From Acidimicrobiia bacterium (GTDB taxonomy: Bacteria; Actinomycetota; Acidimicrobiia; Spongiisociales; JAHEDJ01): a DNA stretch of 61,444 nt. The DNA lies in contig JARGFH010000002.1 in NCBI GenBank assembly GCA_029210695.1, positions 62,001-123,444 of the forward strand, written 5' to 3'. Shown in pieces: positions 48,722-57,866 of the stretch. The notes below the pieces were generated by a model. It saw nothing but the letters and a program-made list of their open reading frames with translations, ran no database searches and was not told where the DNA came from. A program made the translations under genes and the position numbers. Each line of letters opens with the position of its first letter. The stretch's first letter is position 1.

Positions 48722-48728
48722 AAAGATG

Positions 48729-48803
48729 AAGGTAAGCGCTCCTGCGCCGTTCGTCAAGGCACAGAGCTCACAAATTTTCGCGACCTGTTCATAGTTTTCG
48801 CGA
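48729..48803 (-). promoter_or_regulatory. Promoter of RNA C with upstream TCGCGA pair
   Basis: TTGACG(48757-52)-N17-TACCTT(48734-29); TCGCGA at 48778-83 and 48798-803, same offsets as in A/B. Confidence 0.72.
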
Positions 48804-48819
48804 CTCGGAATCTCATAAG

Positions 48820-48841
48820 TGTCATTCGAGTGTCGTATAGT
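48820..48841 (+). promoter_or_regulatory. PafBC/RecA-NDp-type promoter
   Basis: TGTCAT-N10-TATAGT, 6 nt before the ATG at 48848. Confidence 0.7.
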
Positions 48842-48847
48842 CGGGGC

Positions 48848-49648
48848 ATGCCGTTGGAAACGCTGTCTCCAAGTCGGGCGAGCGACTACAAGCAATGCCC
48901 GCAACTCTTCAAGTTCCGGGCAATAGATCGCATACCCGAACCGGTCACGATCTACCAGGCCCGGGGAACCACCGCGCACCTCGCTCTGCAGGAGCTGTAC
49001 GACCTCTCACCGGAGGAGCGCACACCGGAAGCCCTCTACGACCTCTTCCGCAAGGCGTGGACGGAGCTGCGCACGACAGAAGAGTATGCCGACCTGTTTA
49101 GTTCTGATGACGAGGAGCGCATGTGGGGTGTTGAGAGCCTTGCACTCCTGGCCAACTACTTCACCGTCGAGGACCCCGTTGAGGTGAGTCCTCGCGATCG
49201 CGAGCTGGACATGCTCGAGGATTTGGGGGGCATCACCATTCGCGGCATCCTCGACCGAATCGACGAGCTTCCCGGCGGCGAACTGGTCATCACCGATTAC
49301 AAGACCGGCAAGGCACCGCCCGAACGATATGCACTCCCGGCGTTCTTCGCCCTCAAGATCTATGCGCTCTTGATCAGGCACAAGACGGGCCGGACTCCCG
49401 TTGAACTCCGCCTGTTGTACCTCAACGGACCGACCCTCTATCGCCTGCCCGTCGGCGACGCGCATCTGAATGGTATGGACCGCCAGCTCCGGGCACTGTG
49501 GGCGGCGATCGACAAGGCCATCGCCGGCGATAACTTCCCGCCGCGCCCGGGGCAACTGTGCAACTGGTGTTCCTACCAGGATCGGTGCCCCGCCTTCGCC
49601 GACAACGATGCGGAAGGCGATGACCAGACCTTGGCGAGCACCGCATGA
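48848..49648 (+). CDS. RecB-family PD-(D/E)XK nuclease with four-Cys (Fe-S) motif
   Basis: LSPSRASDYKQCP, GTTAH..L, RGILDRID, ITDYKTGK, LCNWCSYQDRCP. Confidence 0.88.
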   Translation: MPLETLSPSRASDYKQCPQLFKFRAIDRIPEPVTIYQARGTTAHLALQELYDLSPEERTPEALYDLFRKAWTELRTTEEYADLFSSDDEERMWGVESLALLANYFTVEDPVEVSPRDRELDMLEDLGGITIRGILDRIDELPGGELVITDYKTGKAPPERYALPAFFALKIYALLIRHKTGRTPVELRLLYLNGPTLYRLPVGDAHLNGMDRQLRALWAAIDKAIAGDNFPPRPGQLCNWCSYQDRCPAFADNDAEGDDQTLASTA

Positions 49649-49836
49649 CGTCTTCACGTGATGAGATGGCGGCGCTTCGGGAGCGGTTCGGCACCGGCAT
49701 CGAGGTCATTTTCGATGGACCACCCGAGTCGTGTCCGACGTGCGATCACGCAATCGAGCAGCTCACCCTCGCTCTGGATCTTTCGGGCCTCGATCCCCTG
49801 ACGTGTGCAGGCTGTGGCGCGGTACTGGCCGCCTGA
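49645..49836 (+). CDS. 63-aa zinc-ribbon-like protein
   Basis: ATGA-coupled to the nuclease; CPTC...CAGC; ends LAA. Confidence 0.65.
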   Translation: MTSSRDEMAALRERFGTGIEVIFDGPPESCPTCDHAIEQLTLALDLSGLDPLTCAGCGAVLAA

Positions 49837-49867
49837 CATTGGCGCGCCCATCTGTTGAGTGCTTTTC

Positions 49868-49889
49868 TGTCACACCCGCCCGATAGCTT
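49868..49889 (+). promoter_or_regulatory. PafBC/RecA-NDp-type promoter
   Basis: TGTCAC-N10-TAGCTT, 6 nt before the ATG at 49896. Confidence 0.7.
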
Positions 49890-49895
49890 GTTGGT

Positions 49896-50012
49896 ATGAA
49901 CACAACGCACCATCTTCAGCAACTTCTGTCGGAAGCCGGCATCGAGTTCGAGGAGGTCTTCGCCGATCGAGACTGTCCCATCTGCGGAAGGGCTCACCAA
50001 CTCGCTGCCTGA
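49896..50012 (+). CDS. Putative 38-aa leaderless protein (MNTTHHLQQLLSEAGIEFEEVFADRDCPICGRAHQLAA)
   Basis: ATG at the leaderless position after the promoter; CPIC; ends LAA; resembles the 63-aa neighbour; absent from the ORF track. Confidence 0.6.
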   Translation: MNTTHHLQQLLSEAGIEFEEVFADRDCPICGRAHQLAA

Positions 50013-50037
50013 GCATCGACCTACCCTCCTGGGAAAC

Positions 50038-53034
50038 ATGACTGAATGGCGGATTGATCCAGACGACTGGCCCGACGCGATCGCGAACGTTGACGGACCG
50101 CAAATCGTGGTGGCCGGCCCGGGAACCGGTAAGACCGAGTTCCTCGTGCGCCGAGTGGTCGAACTCACAGAACGCCACCATCTTCCAGCCGATCGGATGG
50201 CCATCCTCACGTTCTCTCGAAGGGCTGCCTCGGACCTGAAGACGCGTGTGCAGGCGCGCCTCGATCGCTCGATCAGCGAGATCCCGGCCTCCACCTTCCA
50301 TTCCCTCGCCTTCCGGCTCCTCGAGCACCATGGACGGGAGCGACTCGGCTGGGGCGACATGCCTTCGCTCCTCACAGGCCCCGAGCAAGTCGCACTCGTG
50401 TCAGAACTGCTGTCGTCGGAAAACCAGCGGAGATGGCCGGTGCTCTTTCGACCCCTCCTCGGGTCGATGACCTTCGCCGAAGAGGTCGCCGACTTCATCA
50501 TGCGCAGTCGTGAGCATCTCCTCGATGATGCCGGGCTTCGTGCATTGGCCGCCGATCGGGCCGACTGGCGGGCGTTGCCCGATTTCCTGGTCCGGTACAC
50601 GACAGAACTCTCGAAACGAGCGCGCCTCGATTACGGATCTCTTCAATCCCTGGCCGTCGATCTCCTCGAGGATCCAGCCGTGCAGGAGGAAGTCGCAGAG
50701 CAGTTCCACTACGTGATCGTCGATGAGTACCAGGACACAACGGCCGCCCAATCCGAGATGCTCCTTCGGCTGACCGCCCACCATCGCAATCTCACCGTTG
50801 CGGCCGACCCCTATCAATCCGTGTACTCGTTTCGCGGCGCCGAATTGCACAACGTCGTCGAATTCCCGGATCGGTTCAAGGACCAGGACGGGACACCGGC
50901 CAGGCGACTGGTTCTCACCACATCATTTCGCGTGCCAGCTGAGATCCTGTCCGCCGCCGTTCGCCTGACCTCCGGCGGCGACCTACCCGGTGGGGCCGGG
51001 CCTGTCGTTCCGGCCCCACACAGCGGCCGGGTTGAAATTCGGAAGTTCCGGCAACAGTCGGAAGAAGCCGACTGGATCGCCTCTGAAGTCGAGCGACTAC
51101 ACATCGAAGAGCAACTCCCCATCGAACGTATGGCCGTGTTGGTCCGGTCGAAGCGCCACTTCCTGCCCGAGTTGTCGCGGGCACTCGAACGCCGCTCAAT
51201 CTCGCACGATCTCCCGGATGCCCGCCTGGTCGACCACCCGGCCATCCGCATCGTCTTTGATGTCGTGCAGGCGGCACACCCAGACGGGATGGGCAGCAGA
51301 CTGGACACAGATCGAGTCGTCAGACGACTCCTGTTGGGCCCCCTTGTCGGAGTACCGCTGAGCGTCGAGCGGGACGCCTATCGCCTTCGATTGCGCACGG
51401 ATGATTCGTGGCCCGCCATCCTCCGTTCCTCGGTACCGGGAACCGATGCGTTGGCGGACCTGATCGAGACACCGGACTGGGCAGTCACCGGGTCTGCTGC
51501 TCAGGGTTTCTGGACGCTGTGGAACTCACTCCCCCAGTTCGCCGGGTTGGTTCACGATCCCGACCGCGCTGATTTCCGATCAGCGTGGGCGGCCTTCACC
51601 CAGGTCCTCGGCCGCCAGGAGGCCCGCGACCCGAACCTGACGCTGGCGGAGTACGTCGCGCTGGCCGACCGAGAGGACTTCGAGGCCACTCCCCTCCTCC
51701 GCTATGCCGGGGATGCCTCCGAACGTCTGACACTCACCACCCTCCACCAGTCAAAAGGCCTAAGTTTCGACGTGGTCTTCATCGCGGACGCCGTGGAAGG
51801 AGTCATGCCCGACCTACGCCGTCAGCGGTCGATTCTTCAAACCCGCCTGCTCTCTCCCAATCATGATCCGGATCCGCATGCAGCCCGTCGATTCCGGCTC
51901 CAGGAAGAAATGCGACTCGCCTACACCGCTATGACCAGAGCAACCCGGCGAGTCGTGTGGACTGCCACGGACGCCGGAAGTGATGACCCGCAGCGGCGAC
52001 CGAGCCGATTCCTATCGGCCATCGGAGTCGAATCGTTCGACGTGGTACCGGAAAGAGGCTCCCCGATGGATGCTGAGGATCGGCTGCCGGTCACACCCGC
52101 CGAAGCCGAGGCCCACCTCAGGCGCATGATCGCCGACCCGGAGATTCCGGCCTCGCGTCGCCTCGCCGCGGTTACCACCCTCCACAACCGCCCGAACCCG
52201 GCCATTCGTTCCGTCGAGCAGTTCGCCCGCATGCGGGCACGAGGCTCGGATTCCGGGATCGTCGGACCGGACCTCAGATTGTCGCCCAGTCAGGCGGAGA
52301 GCTACGACATGTGCCCGAGGAAGTACGTCCTCGAACGGCGACTCAACGCGGCAGGTCAAGCTGGTCCATACGCGTCGTTCGGTCGCCTCATCCACGATGT
52401 TCTGGAAGACACGGAGCGGGAAGCCGTGGCCGGAGAGTCGACGCATGGGTCGATCGAACGCGCCCTCGAGCACCTAGAGCGGCACTTCGCTTCTGCTGAT
52501 TTCGGCCCGAAGGCTCGCCGGGAGGCGTGGCACAAGAGAGCGGAGCGGCTCCTGCGGAACATGTATGCCTCCTGGATCCGCCCGAACGCAGTACCGGTAC
52601 TCCTCGAACACGCGCTCGAGTCGACGATCGACGACATCCCCTGGCGAGGCAGGGCAGATCGCATCGAACGCACCGGCGATGATCGTCTGCGGATCGTCGA
52701 TTACAAGACGACCGCCTCGCCGAAGTCCGCCGCTGAAGCAGCGACCTCCATTCAACTGGCTTTCTACTTGTTGGCCGCCAGATCGGACGAGGCTGTGACC
52801 GCGTTCGGGGAGCCGGCGGAAGCTGAGTTCTGGTATCCGCTGGCCAAGCGCAAGCAGCAGTGGTCTGCACTGGATCCCGCCGAACTCGAGGTGGTAGTCG
52901 AGACGATGGCATCGATCGGACGGAACATCGCAAAGGAAGAGTGGGCACCGACCGTCGGAGTCACCTGCTCTCGATGCTCCGTGCGGATCTCCTGTCCCGA
53001 ATGGCCCGAAGGCCGGGAGTCGTTCGCCCGATGA
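50038..53034 (+). CDS. adnA: AdnA-like UvrD helicase-nuclease subunit
   Basis: AGPGTGKT, TFHSLA, VDEYQD, TLHQSKGL, EEMRLAYTAMTRA; C-terminal GRADRI..IVDYKT nuclease. Confidence 0.82.
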   Translation: MTEWRIDPDDWPDAIANVDGPQIVVAGPGTGKTEFLVRRVVELTERHHLPADRMAILTFSRRAASDLKTRVQARLDRSISEIPASTFHSLAFRLLEHHGRERLGWGDMPSLLTGPEQVALVSELLSSENQRRWPVLFRPLLGSMTFAEEVADFIMRSREHLLDDAGLRALAADRADWRALPDFLVRYTTELSKRARLDYGSLQSLAVDLLEDPAVQEEVAEQFHYVIVDEYQDTTAAQSEMLLRLTAHHRNLTVAADPYQSVYSFRGAELHNVVEFPDRFKDQDGTPARRLVLTTSFRVPAEILSAAVRLTSGGDLPGGAGPVVPAPHSGRVEIRKFRQQSEEADWIASEVERLHIEEQLPIERMAVLVRSKRHFLPELSRALERRSISHDLPDARLVDHPAIRIVFDVVQAAHPDGMGSRLDTDRVVRRLLLGPLVGVPLSVERDAYRLRLRTDDSWPAILRSSVPGTDALADLIETPDWAVTGSAAQGFWTLWNSLPQFAGLVHDPDRADFRSAWAAFTQVLGRQEARDPNLTLAEYVALADREDFEATPLLRYAGDASERLTLTTLHQSKGLSFDVVFIADAVEGVMPDLRRQRSILQTRLLSPNHDPDPHAARRFRLQEEMRLAYTAMTRATRRVVWTATDAGSDDPQRRPSRFLSAIGVESFDVVPERGSPMDAEDRLPVTPAEAEAHLRRMIADPEIPASRRLAAVTTLHNRPNPAIRSVEQFARMRARGSDSGIVGPDLRLSPSQAESYDMCPRKYVLERRLNAAGQAGPYASFGRLIHDVLEDTEREAVAGESTHGSIERALEHLERHFASADFGPKARREAWHKRAERLLRNMYASWIRPNAVPVLLEHALESTIDDIPWRGRADRIERTGDDRLRIVDYKTTASPKSAAEAATSIQLAFYLLAARSDEAVTAFGEPAEAEFWYPLAKRKQQWSALDPAELEVVVETMASIGRNIAKEEWAPTVGVTCSRCSVRISCPEWPEGRESFAR

Positions 53035-56000
53035 TTATCACCCCTACACCCGAACAACTCAGAATCATCGAATACCCGGTCCGGCCGCTGCGCATTGCCG
53101 CGGGAGCAGGCACCGGCAAGACCACGACTCTCGCCATGCGAATCGCACACCTCGTCGAAGCCGGAGCGGCCGAACCGGAACAAGTGCTGGGCATCACCTT
53201 CACGAACAAAGCGGCTCAGGAGCTGGGCGAACGCATCGCCGAGATGCTGGCGGACACCGTCGAACCGGGCCGCGATGTCGAAATCCACACCTATCACGGG
53301 TTCGCCGCCCTCATCCTCAGCGAGTTCGGGGTTCTCGCCGGCGTTGAACACGAAGCCAGGATCATCACACCGACGTTCGCCCGCCAATTGCTCTTCGACT
53401 CGATCAACGCAGGCATATACGAACACCTGGACATCACCTGGCGGGGAATTGTCGATAGGCCGGCGCGCCTCGCAGCCGACCTCGGTGACAACCTCGCAAC
53501 CGCGTCGGATTTGGTCGGGCTAACCGCCGGGCAGTCGGGGAAACCGTGGGATGAACGCGCCGAACTCGCCGATATCGTCGCACGGTTCGAAGCCGAGAAG
53601 CGTCGACTCGGCACGCTCGACTACGCAGACCTCGTCCGCTTGGCCCACAAGGTCGTCACGGATCATCCAGACGTGGCAAACCGGATTCGCGCCCGATACC
53701 GGATCGTGCTGCTCGATGAGTACCAGGACACCAACCCGGCCCAACGTGAGCTCCTCTTGAAGATCTTCGGTGACGGCTTCCCGGTGACGGCCGTCGGCGA
53801 TCCGGATCAAACGATCTACGAGTGGCGCGGTGCGTCGCTCGAGAACTTCGCAGCCTTCCCCCGCCACTTCTCAGGCGCCAACTCGCGGCCGGCCGAAACG
53901 TACTCGCTGACGATCAACCGCCGATCCGCCCGGGCCATCATCGAGTTTGCCAACTCCGTTCGTTCCAGAACCGGCGGAGACGTGGGCGCCGATCTGGAGG
54001 CCGCCGATACTGCGGGTGCCGGCCTCGTCGCAACACGGTGGACTCGCACCGCTGTCGACGAAGCCGAATTCATCGCAGATACGATGCTCGAGCTGAGGGA
54101 GGATGGGTACGAATGGCGGCAGATGGCGGCACTGTTCCGCAAGAACAAGGACATCACGCTCGTACAGCAGGCTCTCGAAGAGCGCAACGTACCCACTGAG
54201 GTTGCCAGCATCGGCGGCCTCCTCGCCATCCCGGAAATCGTCGATCTGCATGCCTGGCTGCGCATCCTCAACGATCCCGCCGACTCGCCCGCGCTGCTAC
54301 GCATCCTGCTCGGGAGTCGCTACCGACTCGGCTTCGCCGACGTACTCCCCCTCAGCCGATGGACCCGCGCCGGCGACGACCACGAGGACGCTCTGACTCC
54401 ATCGCTCCTGGAAGCGATCGACGTCCTCGATAACATCGACGTCCTCGATGACATCGACGGGCTGGCGCAGCCGGCCCGCCGGGCGTTGACCGCCTTCCGA
54501 TCCGAGTACCGCAACCTGCTTCAGGACGCCCAGGGATCCAGCCTGGTGGAACTCGCCAGGCGGATACTCCAGGTCACGGGGTCGTGGCAAGAAGTTGAGG
54601 CAATGCCCGATCATTCCCGGCTGTCGGTCCGGCTCAATCTCCATCGCTTTCTCGACCTTGCCGAGGAGTGGAGTCCCCTCGAAGGGAGACCTTCGCTACC
54701 CGCATTCCTCGACTACCTCGATGAGATGGTCGAAGGCAACGGCGACGAACTCACTCCCGCTCGCCTCAGCGGTCAAGATGCGGTTGCCCTCCTCACCGTG
54801 CACCGGGCGAAGGGACTGGAGTGGCCGATCGTGTTCATACCGGCAACGTACAAGTCCAATTTCCCGTCGGGGGTCAGGTCATACGAAGATCCCTTCGAGA
54901 AAGCCCACGTACTCCCCCACGAATTGCGCCTGGACCGCGACACCCTCCCATCGTTGTCAGCGTCCATGGACATCACCGCCAGACGGGCGGTCCTCAAGGA
55001 GCAATCGGATCGACAGGAGTGGAGAACCGCCTACGTCGCTGCCACCAGGGCCAAGGAGCGACTCTATCTGTCTGGAGCGCATTGGTACGGGTCACCGGAG
55101 CCGCGCAAGCAGGCGGTCAAACCGGGAGAACTATTCGAGCTTGCGACTTCTTGCGCGGAAGACCTCGGAAACGACGAAGCCGGGGACCGGCCCGAACTGC
55201 TCAGATATGAACCTGTGGGCGACGGCGCACCCGATCCAGTCTTCCCCGATGGATGGGACGCCGCCCTGCGGGCCATGCGCGAGGATCGCGGGTGGGCAGA
55301 GCGACGAGCGACCCAACTGGGGGTCGCCGGCGCATACCATGAGCGGGTGGACCACTACCAGGACAAGCTGTTCCGGATTCCCGAGACGCCGCCACCGGTT
55401 GGACCGGAGCCCCTCCTCACATCGGTCACCGGATTGGTCACGTACGCAATCTGCCCGCAAAGGTTCTATTGGTCTGAAGTTGATCGCTTGCCGCGAAGGC
55501 CCTCGTCGGCCGCCAGACGGGGTGTCGAGATACATCGCCGTATCGAACTTCACAATCGAGGTGAGGTGCCGCTGGACGACTTCACAGAGGATGCTTACGA
55601 CATTGGTCCGTCGGATGCGGGATCCGCCGGCACCCGGCCTTTCGAGGCATTTCTCGAATCCAGGTTCGCCGCCACGGCCCCACTGCTCATCGAAGCCCCA
55701 TTCGATCTCCGAGTCGGCTCGTCGACGATCCGGGGAAGGATAGATGCCGTTTACGCCCCGGAAGCGGGCCACTGGGAGATCGTCGACTTCAAGTCGGGGG
55801 CACCATCCAAACTCGCCGCCACGGCGGTGCAGCTCGAAGCGTATGCCCTGGCCGCTACCGAAGTGCCGTTCACCCTGCAGCGACCGAGCACGATCGACGT
55901 GACGTTTGCCTATCTCGGTGGTGGGCTTCAGACGGTGAGCGAACGGGCGGACGAGGAGTGGATTCACAACGCCAGAGACCATGTGACGACGCTGCTCGAC

Positions 56001-56108
56001 AACATCACAGACGAGGTTTGGGATGCGTCGCCCTCGTCGGCTTGCCGGCATTGCGATTTCGCCCGCTTCTGTGACGCCGGCACCCTCTGGTTGAAAGATC
56101 ACCAGTAA
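53031..56108 (+). CDS. adnB: AdnB-like UvrD helicase-nuclease subunit
   Basis: AGAGTGKT, LDEYQDT, VGDPDQTIYEWRGA, TVHRAKGLEW; GRIDAV..IVDFKS nuclease; ATGA-coupled. Confidence 0.85.
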   Translation: MIITPTPEQLRIIEYPVRPLRIAAGAGTGKTTTLAMRIAHLVEAGAAEPEQVLGITFTNKAAQELGERIAEMLADTVEPGRDVEIHTYHGFAALILSEFGVLAGVEHEARIITPTFARQLLFDSINAGIYEHLDITWRGIVDRPARLAADLGDNLATASDLVGLTAGQSGKPWDERAELADIVARFEAEKRRLGTLDYADLVRLAHKVVTDHPDVANRIRARYRIVLLDEYQDTNPAQRELLLKIFGDGFPVTAVGDPDQTIYEWRGASLENFAAFPRHFSGANSRPAETYSLTINRRSARAIIEFANSVRSRTGGDVGADLEAADTAGAGLVATRWTRTAVDEAEFIADTMLELREDGYEWRQMAALFRKNKDITLVQQALEERNVPTEVASIGGLLAIPEIVDLHAWLRILNDPADSPALLRILLGSRYRLGFADVLPLSRWTRAGDDHEDALTPSLLEAIDVLDNIDVLDDIDGLAQPARRALTAFRSEYRNLLQDAQGSSLVELARRILQVTGSWQEVEAMPDHSRLSVRLNLHRFLDLAEEWSPLEGRPSLPAFLDYLDEMVEGNGDELTPARLSGQDAVALLTVHRAKGLEWPIVFIPATYKSNFPSGVRSYEDPFEKAHVLPHELRLDRDTLPSLSASMDITARRAVLKEQSDRQEWRTAYVAATRAKERLYLSGAHWYGSPEPRKQAVKPGELFELATSCAEDLGNDEAGDRPELLRYEPVGDGAPDPVFPDGWDAALRAMREDRGWAERRATQLGVAGAYHERVDHYQDKLFRIPETPPPVGPEPLLTSVTGLVTYAICPQRFYWSEVDRLPRRPSSAARRGVEIHRRIELHNRGEVPLDDFTEDAYDIGPSDAGSAGTRPFEAFLESRFAATAPLLIEAPFDLRVGSSTIRGRIDAVYAPEAGHWEIVDFKSGAPSKLAATAVQLEAYALAATEVPFTLQRPSTIDVTFAYLGGGLQTVSERADEEWIHNARDHVTTLLDNITDEVWDASPSSACRHCDFARFCDAGTLWLKDHQ

Positions 56109-56154
56109 CCAGGGTCGAGTGGATGGACTAGGTTCCAGGGCAAGGAGGTAGGAC

Positions 56155-56796
56155 ATGGCCGTCTTGAGAATCTGGAGCGATCTACGGTGTCCGTGGGCCT
56201 ACATCGCCACCGTCCGCCTACACCGCATGAGAGACCACCTGTCGGCGGACGAAGTGATGTTCGAGCACCGTGCCTATCCGCTCGAATTGACTGAAAGCGG
56301 TTTGCGTTCGGAACAGGAGGCCCGAGCTGAACTGGCGGTGGCAGCACAACTCGAGTCGAGCGCCTTCAGCTTGTACGACAATCCCACGTGGCCCACGTCG
56401 TACCTCACCGCATTCGAAGCGCAGAAGTGGGGCTACTCGCTCAGTCAGGAAGTCGGCGAGCAACTCGACTTCGCGCTCCGAAAGGCGTTCTTCATGCATG
56501 GCCACGACCTCAGCATGCGCAGCGAGATCCTGACGGTGGCCCGAACCGAGCAACTACCCGTGGACCAGCTCACCAAGGCGCTCGACGATGGCCACTTCCG
56601 CAAGGCTGTGATGACCGACTTCGAAGAAGCGACCAACATCGACATCGAAGGCTCCCCGCAAGTGGTCTTGCCAGACGGCGCAACGCACCACAATCCGGGA
56701 ACAACGATTCGGTGGCAAAGGGGACTTCCGATCATTGAATCCGACCATCCGTCGGTCTATGAGGAGCTAATTCAGTTAGGGGCTGTCGATTGGTGA
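56155..56796 (+). CDS. DsbA/FrnE-like thioredoxin-fold protein
   Basis: WSDLRCPWAY; IEGSPQ cis-Pro loop; AGGAGG RBS. Confidence 0.8.
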   Translation: MAVLRIWSDLRCPWAYIATVRLHRMRDHLSADEVMFEHRAYPLELTESGLRSEQEARAELAVAAQLESSAFSLYDNPTWPTSYLTAFEAQKWGYSLSQEVGEQLDFALRKAFFMHGHDLSMRSEILTVARTEQLPVDQLTKALDDGHFRKAVMTDFEEATNIDIEGSPQVVLPDGATHHNPGTTIRWQRGLPIIESDHPSVYEELIQLGAVDW

Positions 56797-56797
56797 G

Positions 56798-57250
56798 CTA
56801 GCTCACCCGACCGCCTGCAACCTCGACCACAATGGTCACCGGACCGTCGTTGACGAGTTCGACCTGCATCTTTGCCCCGAATCGACCGGATGCGACCGGA
56901 ACCGACTCTCCCAGCCGCCGGGTCAGAGACTCGATCAGTGGTTCGGCGAGTTCAGGCCCGGCGGCCGCCACAAAAGACGGGCGCTTCCCGCGACGCAAAT
57001 CGCTGTAGAGGGTGAATTGACTCACCACCAGGATCGACCCGCCGGTTTCGACCACCGACCTGTTCATCTTCCCGGCCTCGTCCCGGAAGATCCGCAGCCC
57101 GAGCAGTTTGTCGGCAAGGATCGTGGCGTCGGCCTCGGTATCCCCGTCCGTGGCACCCACCAGCACCAGCAAACCGGGTCCGATAGAACCGACGGTGGCG
57201 CCGCCGGTTCGCACCTCCGCCCGCGCCACGCGCTGGATTACAGCTCGCAT
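56798..57250 (-). CDS. dtd: D-aminoacyl-tRNA deacylase
   Basis: [30 protein letters not shown]. Confidence 0.96.
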   Translation of the reverse strand: MRAVIQRVARAEVRTGGATVGSIGPGLLVLVGATDGDTEADATILADKLLGLRIFRDEAGKMNRSVVETGGSILVVSQFTLYSDLRRGKRPSFVAAAGPELAEPLIESLTRRLGESVPVASGRFGAKMQVELVNDGPVTIVVEVAGGRVS

Positions 57251-57259
57251 GGGGGAACT

Positions 57260-57754
57260 CTACCGAGTTCCCCCGTTTCTCCGGTAGGCCTCCAGTAGCT
57301 GGAACCGGGTTGCCTGAAGCCGTGACCCGAGGGCGACGACGAACAGGCCCAGCAGGTCGTACCCGAGCGTGTGATCTTCATCGCAGGCAGCACGTACTGC
57401 GTCACCGTCAAACCGCAGCATGCGAGTTGGGGCAACGGTCCGGGTGGTGAACTGCCAGCGGTGGGGCGGATAGAGCCAGGAGATCCCGAGCAGGTTGCCG
57501 GGCTTGAGCATCTGGATCACGATCGGCGGCTTCGGGGGATCCTCGATCTCGAGTGCAACGCGACCCTCCGAGACAAGGAAGAAGTCGATCGCCGGCTCGT
57601 TTTGTCTGAAGAGAATGGCACCTTGTGGGAAGCTCAGCTCGTCAACGAAATTGGAGAGGAAACTCAGGTGCTCTTCGCTGAGACCTTCCAGGAACGGTTG
57701 CCGTTCCAGTTCGGATACAAGATCGATCATCGGCTGCAGCCTCCGCTGTTTCAC
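57260..57754 (-). CDS. Cyclic-nucleotide-binding domain protein (no HTH)
   Basis: LFRQNEPA..FFLVSEGRV...PGNLLG.SWL.PP.RWQF. Confidence 0.8.
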   Translation of the reverse strand: MKQRRLQPMIDLVSELERQPFLEGLSEEHLSFLSNFVDELSFPQGAILFRQNEPAIDFFLVSEGRVALEIEDPPKPPIVIQMLKPGNLLGISWLYPPHRWQFTTRTVAPTRMLRFDGDAVRAACDEDHTLGYDLLGLFVVALGSRLQATRFQLLEAYRRNGGTR

Positions 57755-57866
57755 CTCTTACCGTACGGGCATCGAAGAGGAAGATGTAGAGGCATGTAGC
57801 AGTATTCGGAACAGACTCTGGACCCTTGGCAGCGAAGGCGGACCGCCCGGGAATACAATCGGGGAA

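Noticed and set aside
47379..48794. 471-aa + strand ORF spanning the repeat array
   Set aside because: Pro/Ser/Arg-rich with no recognisable domain, and it starts on the antisense of the PH-gene start. Promoters, tetraloops and G-U pairs all indicate minus-strand RNAs. Only proteomics could rescue it.
47433..49648. CRISPR array with a Cas4-like nuclease
   Set aside because: No short repeats with unique spacers and no cas1/cas2; the nuclease fits the common actinobacterial RecB-family exonuclease
54417..54452. 18-bp in-frame duplication in adnB (IDVLDN/IDVLDD)
   Set aside because: Real, but a minor slippage event with no evident consequence
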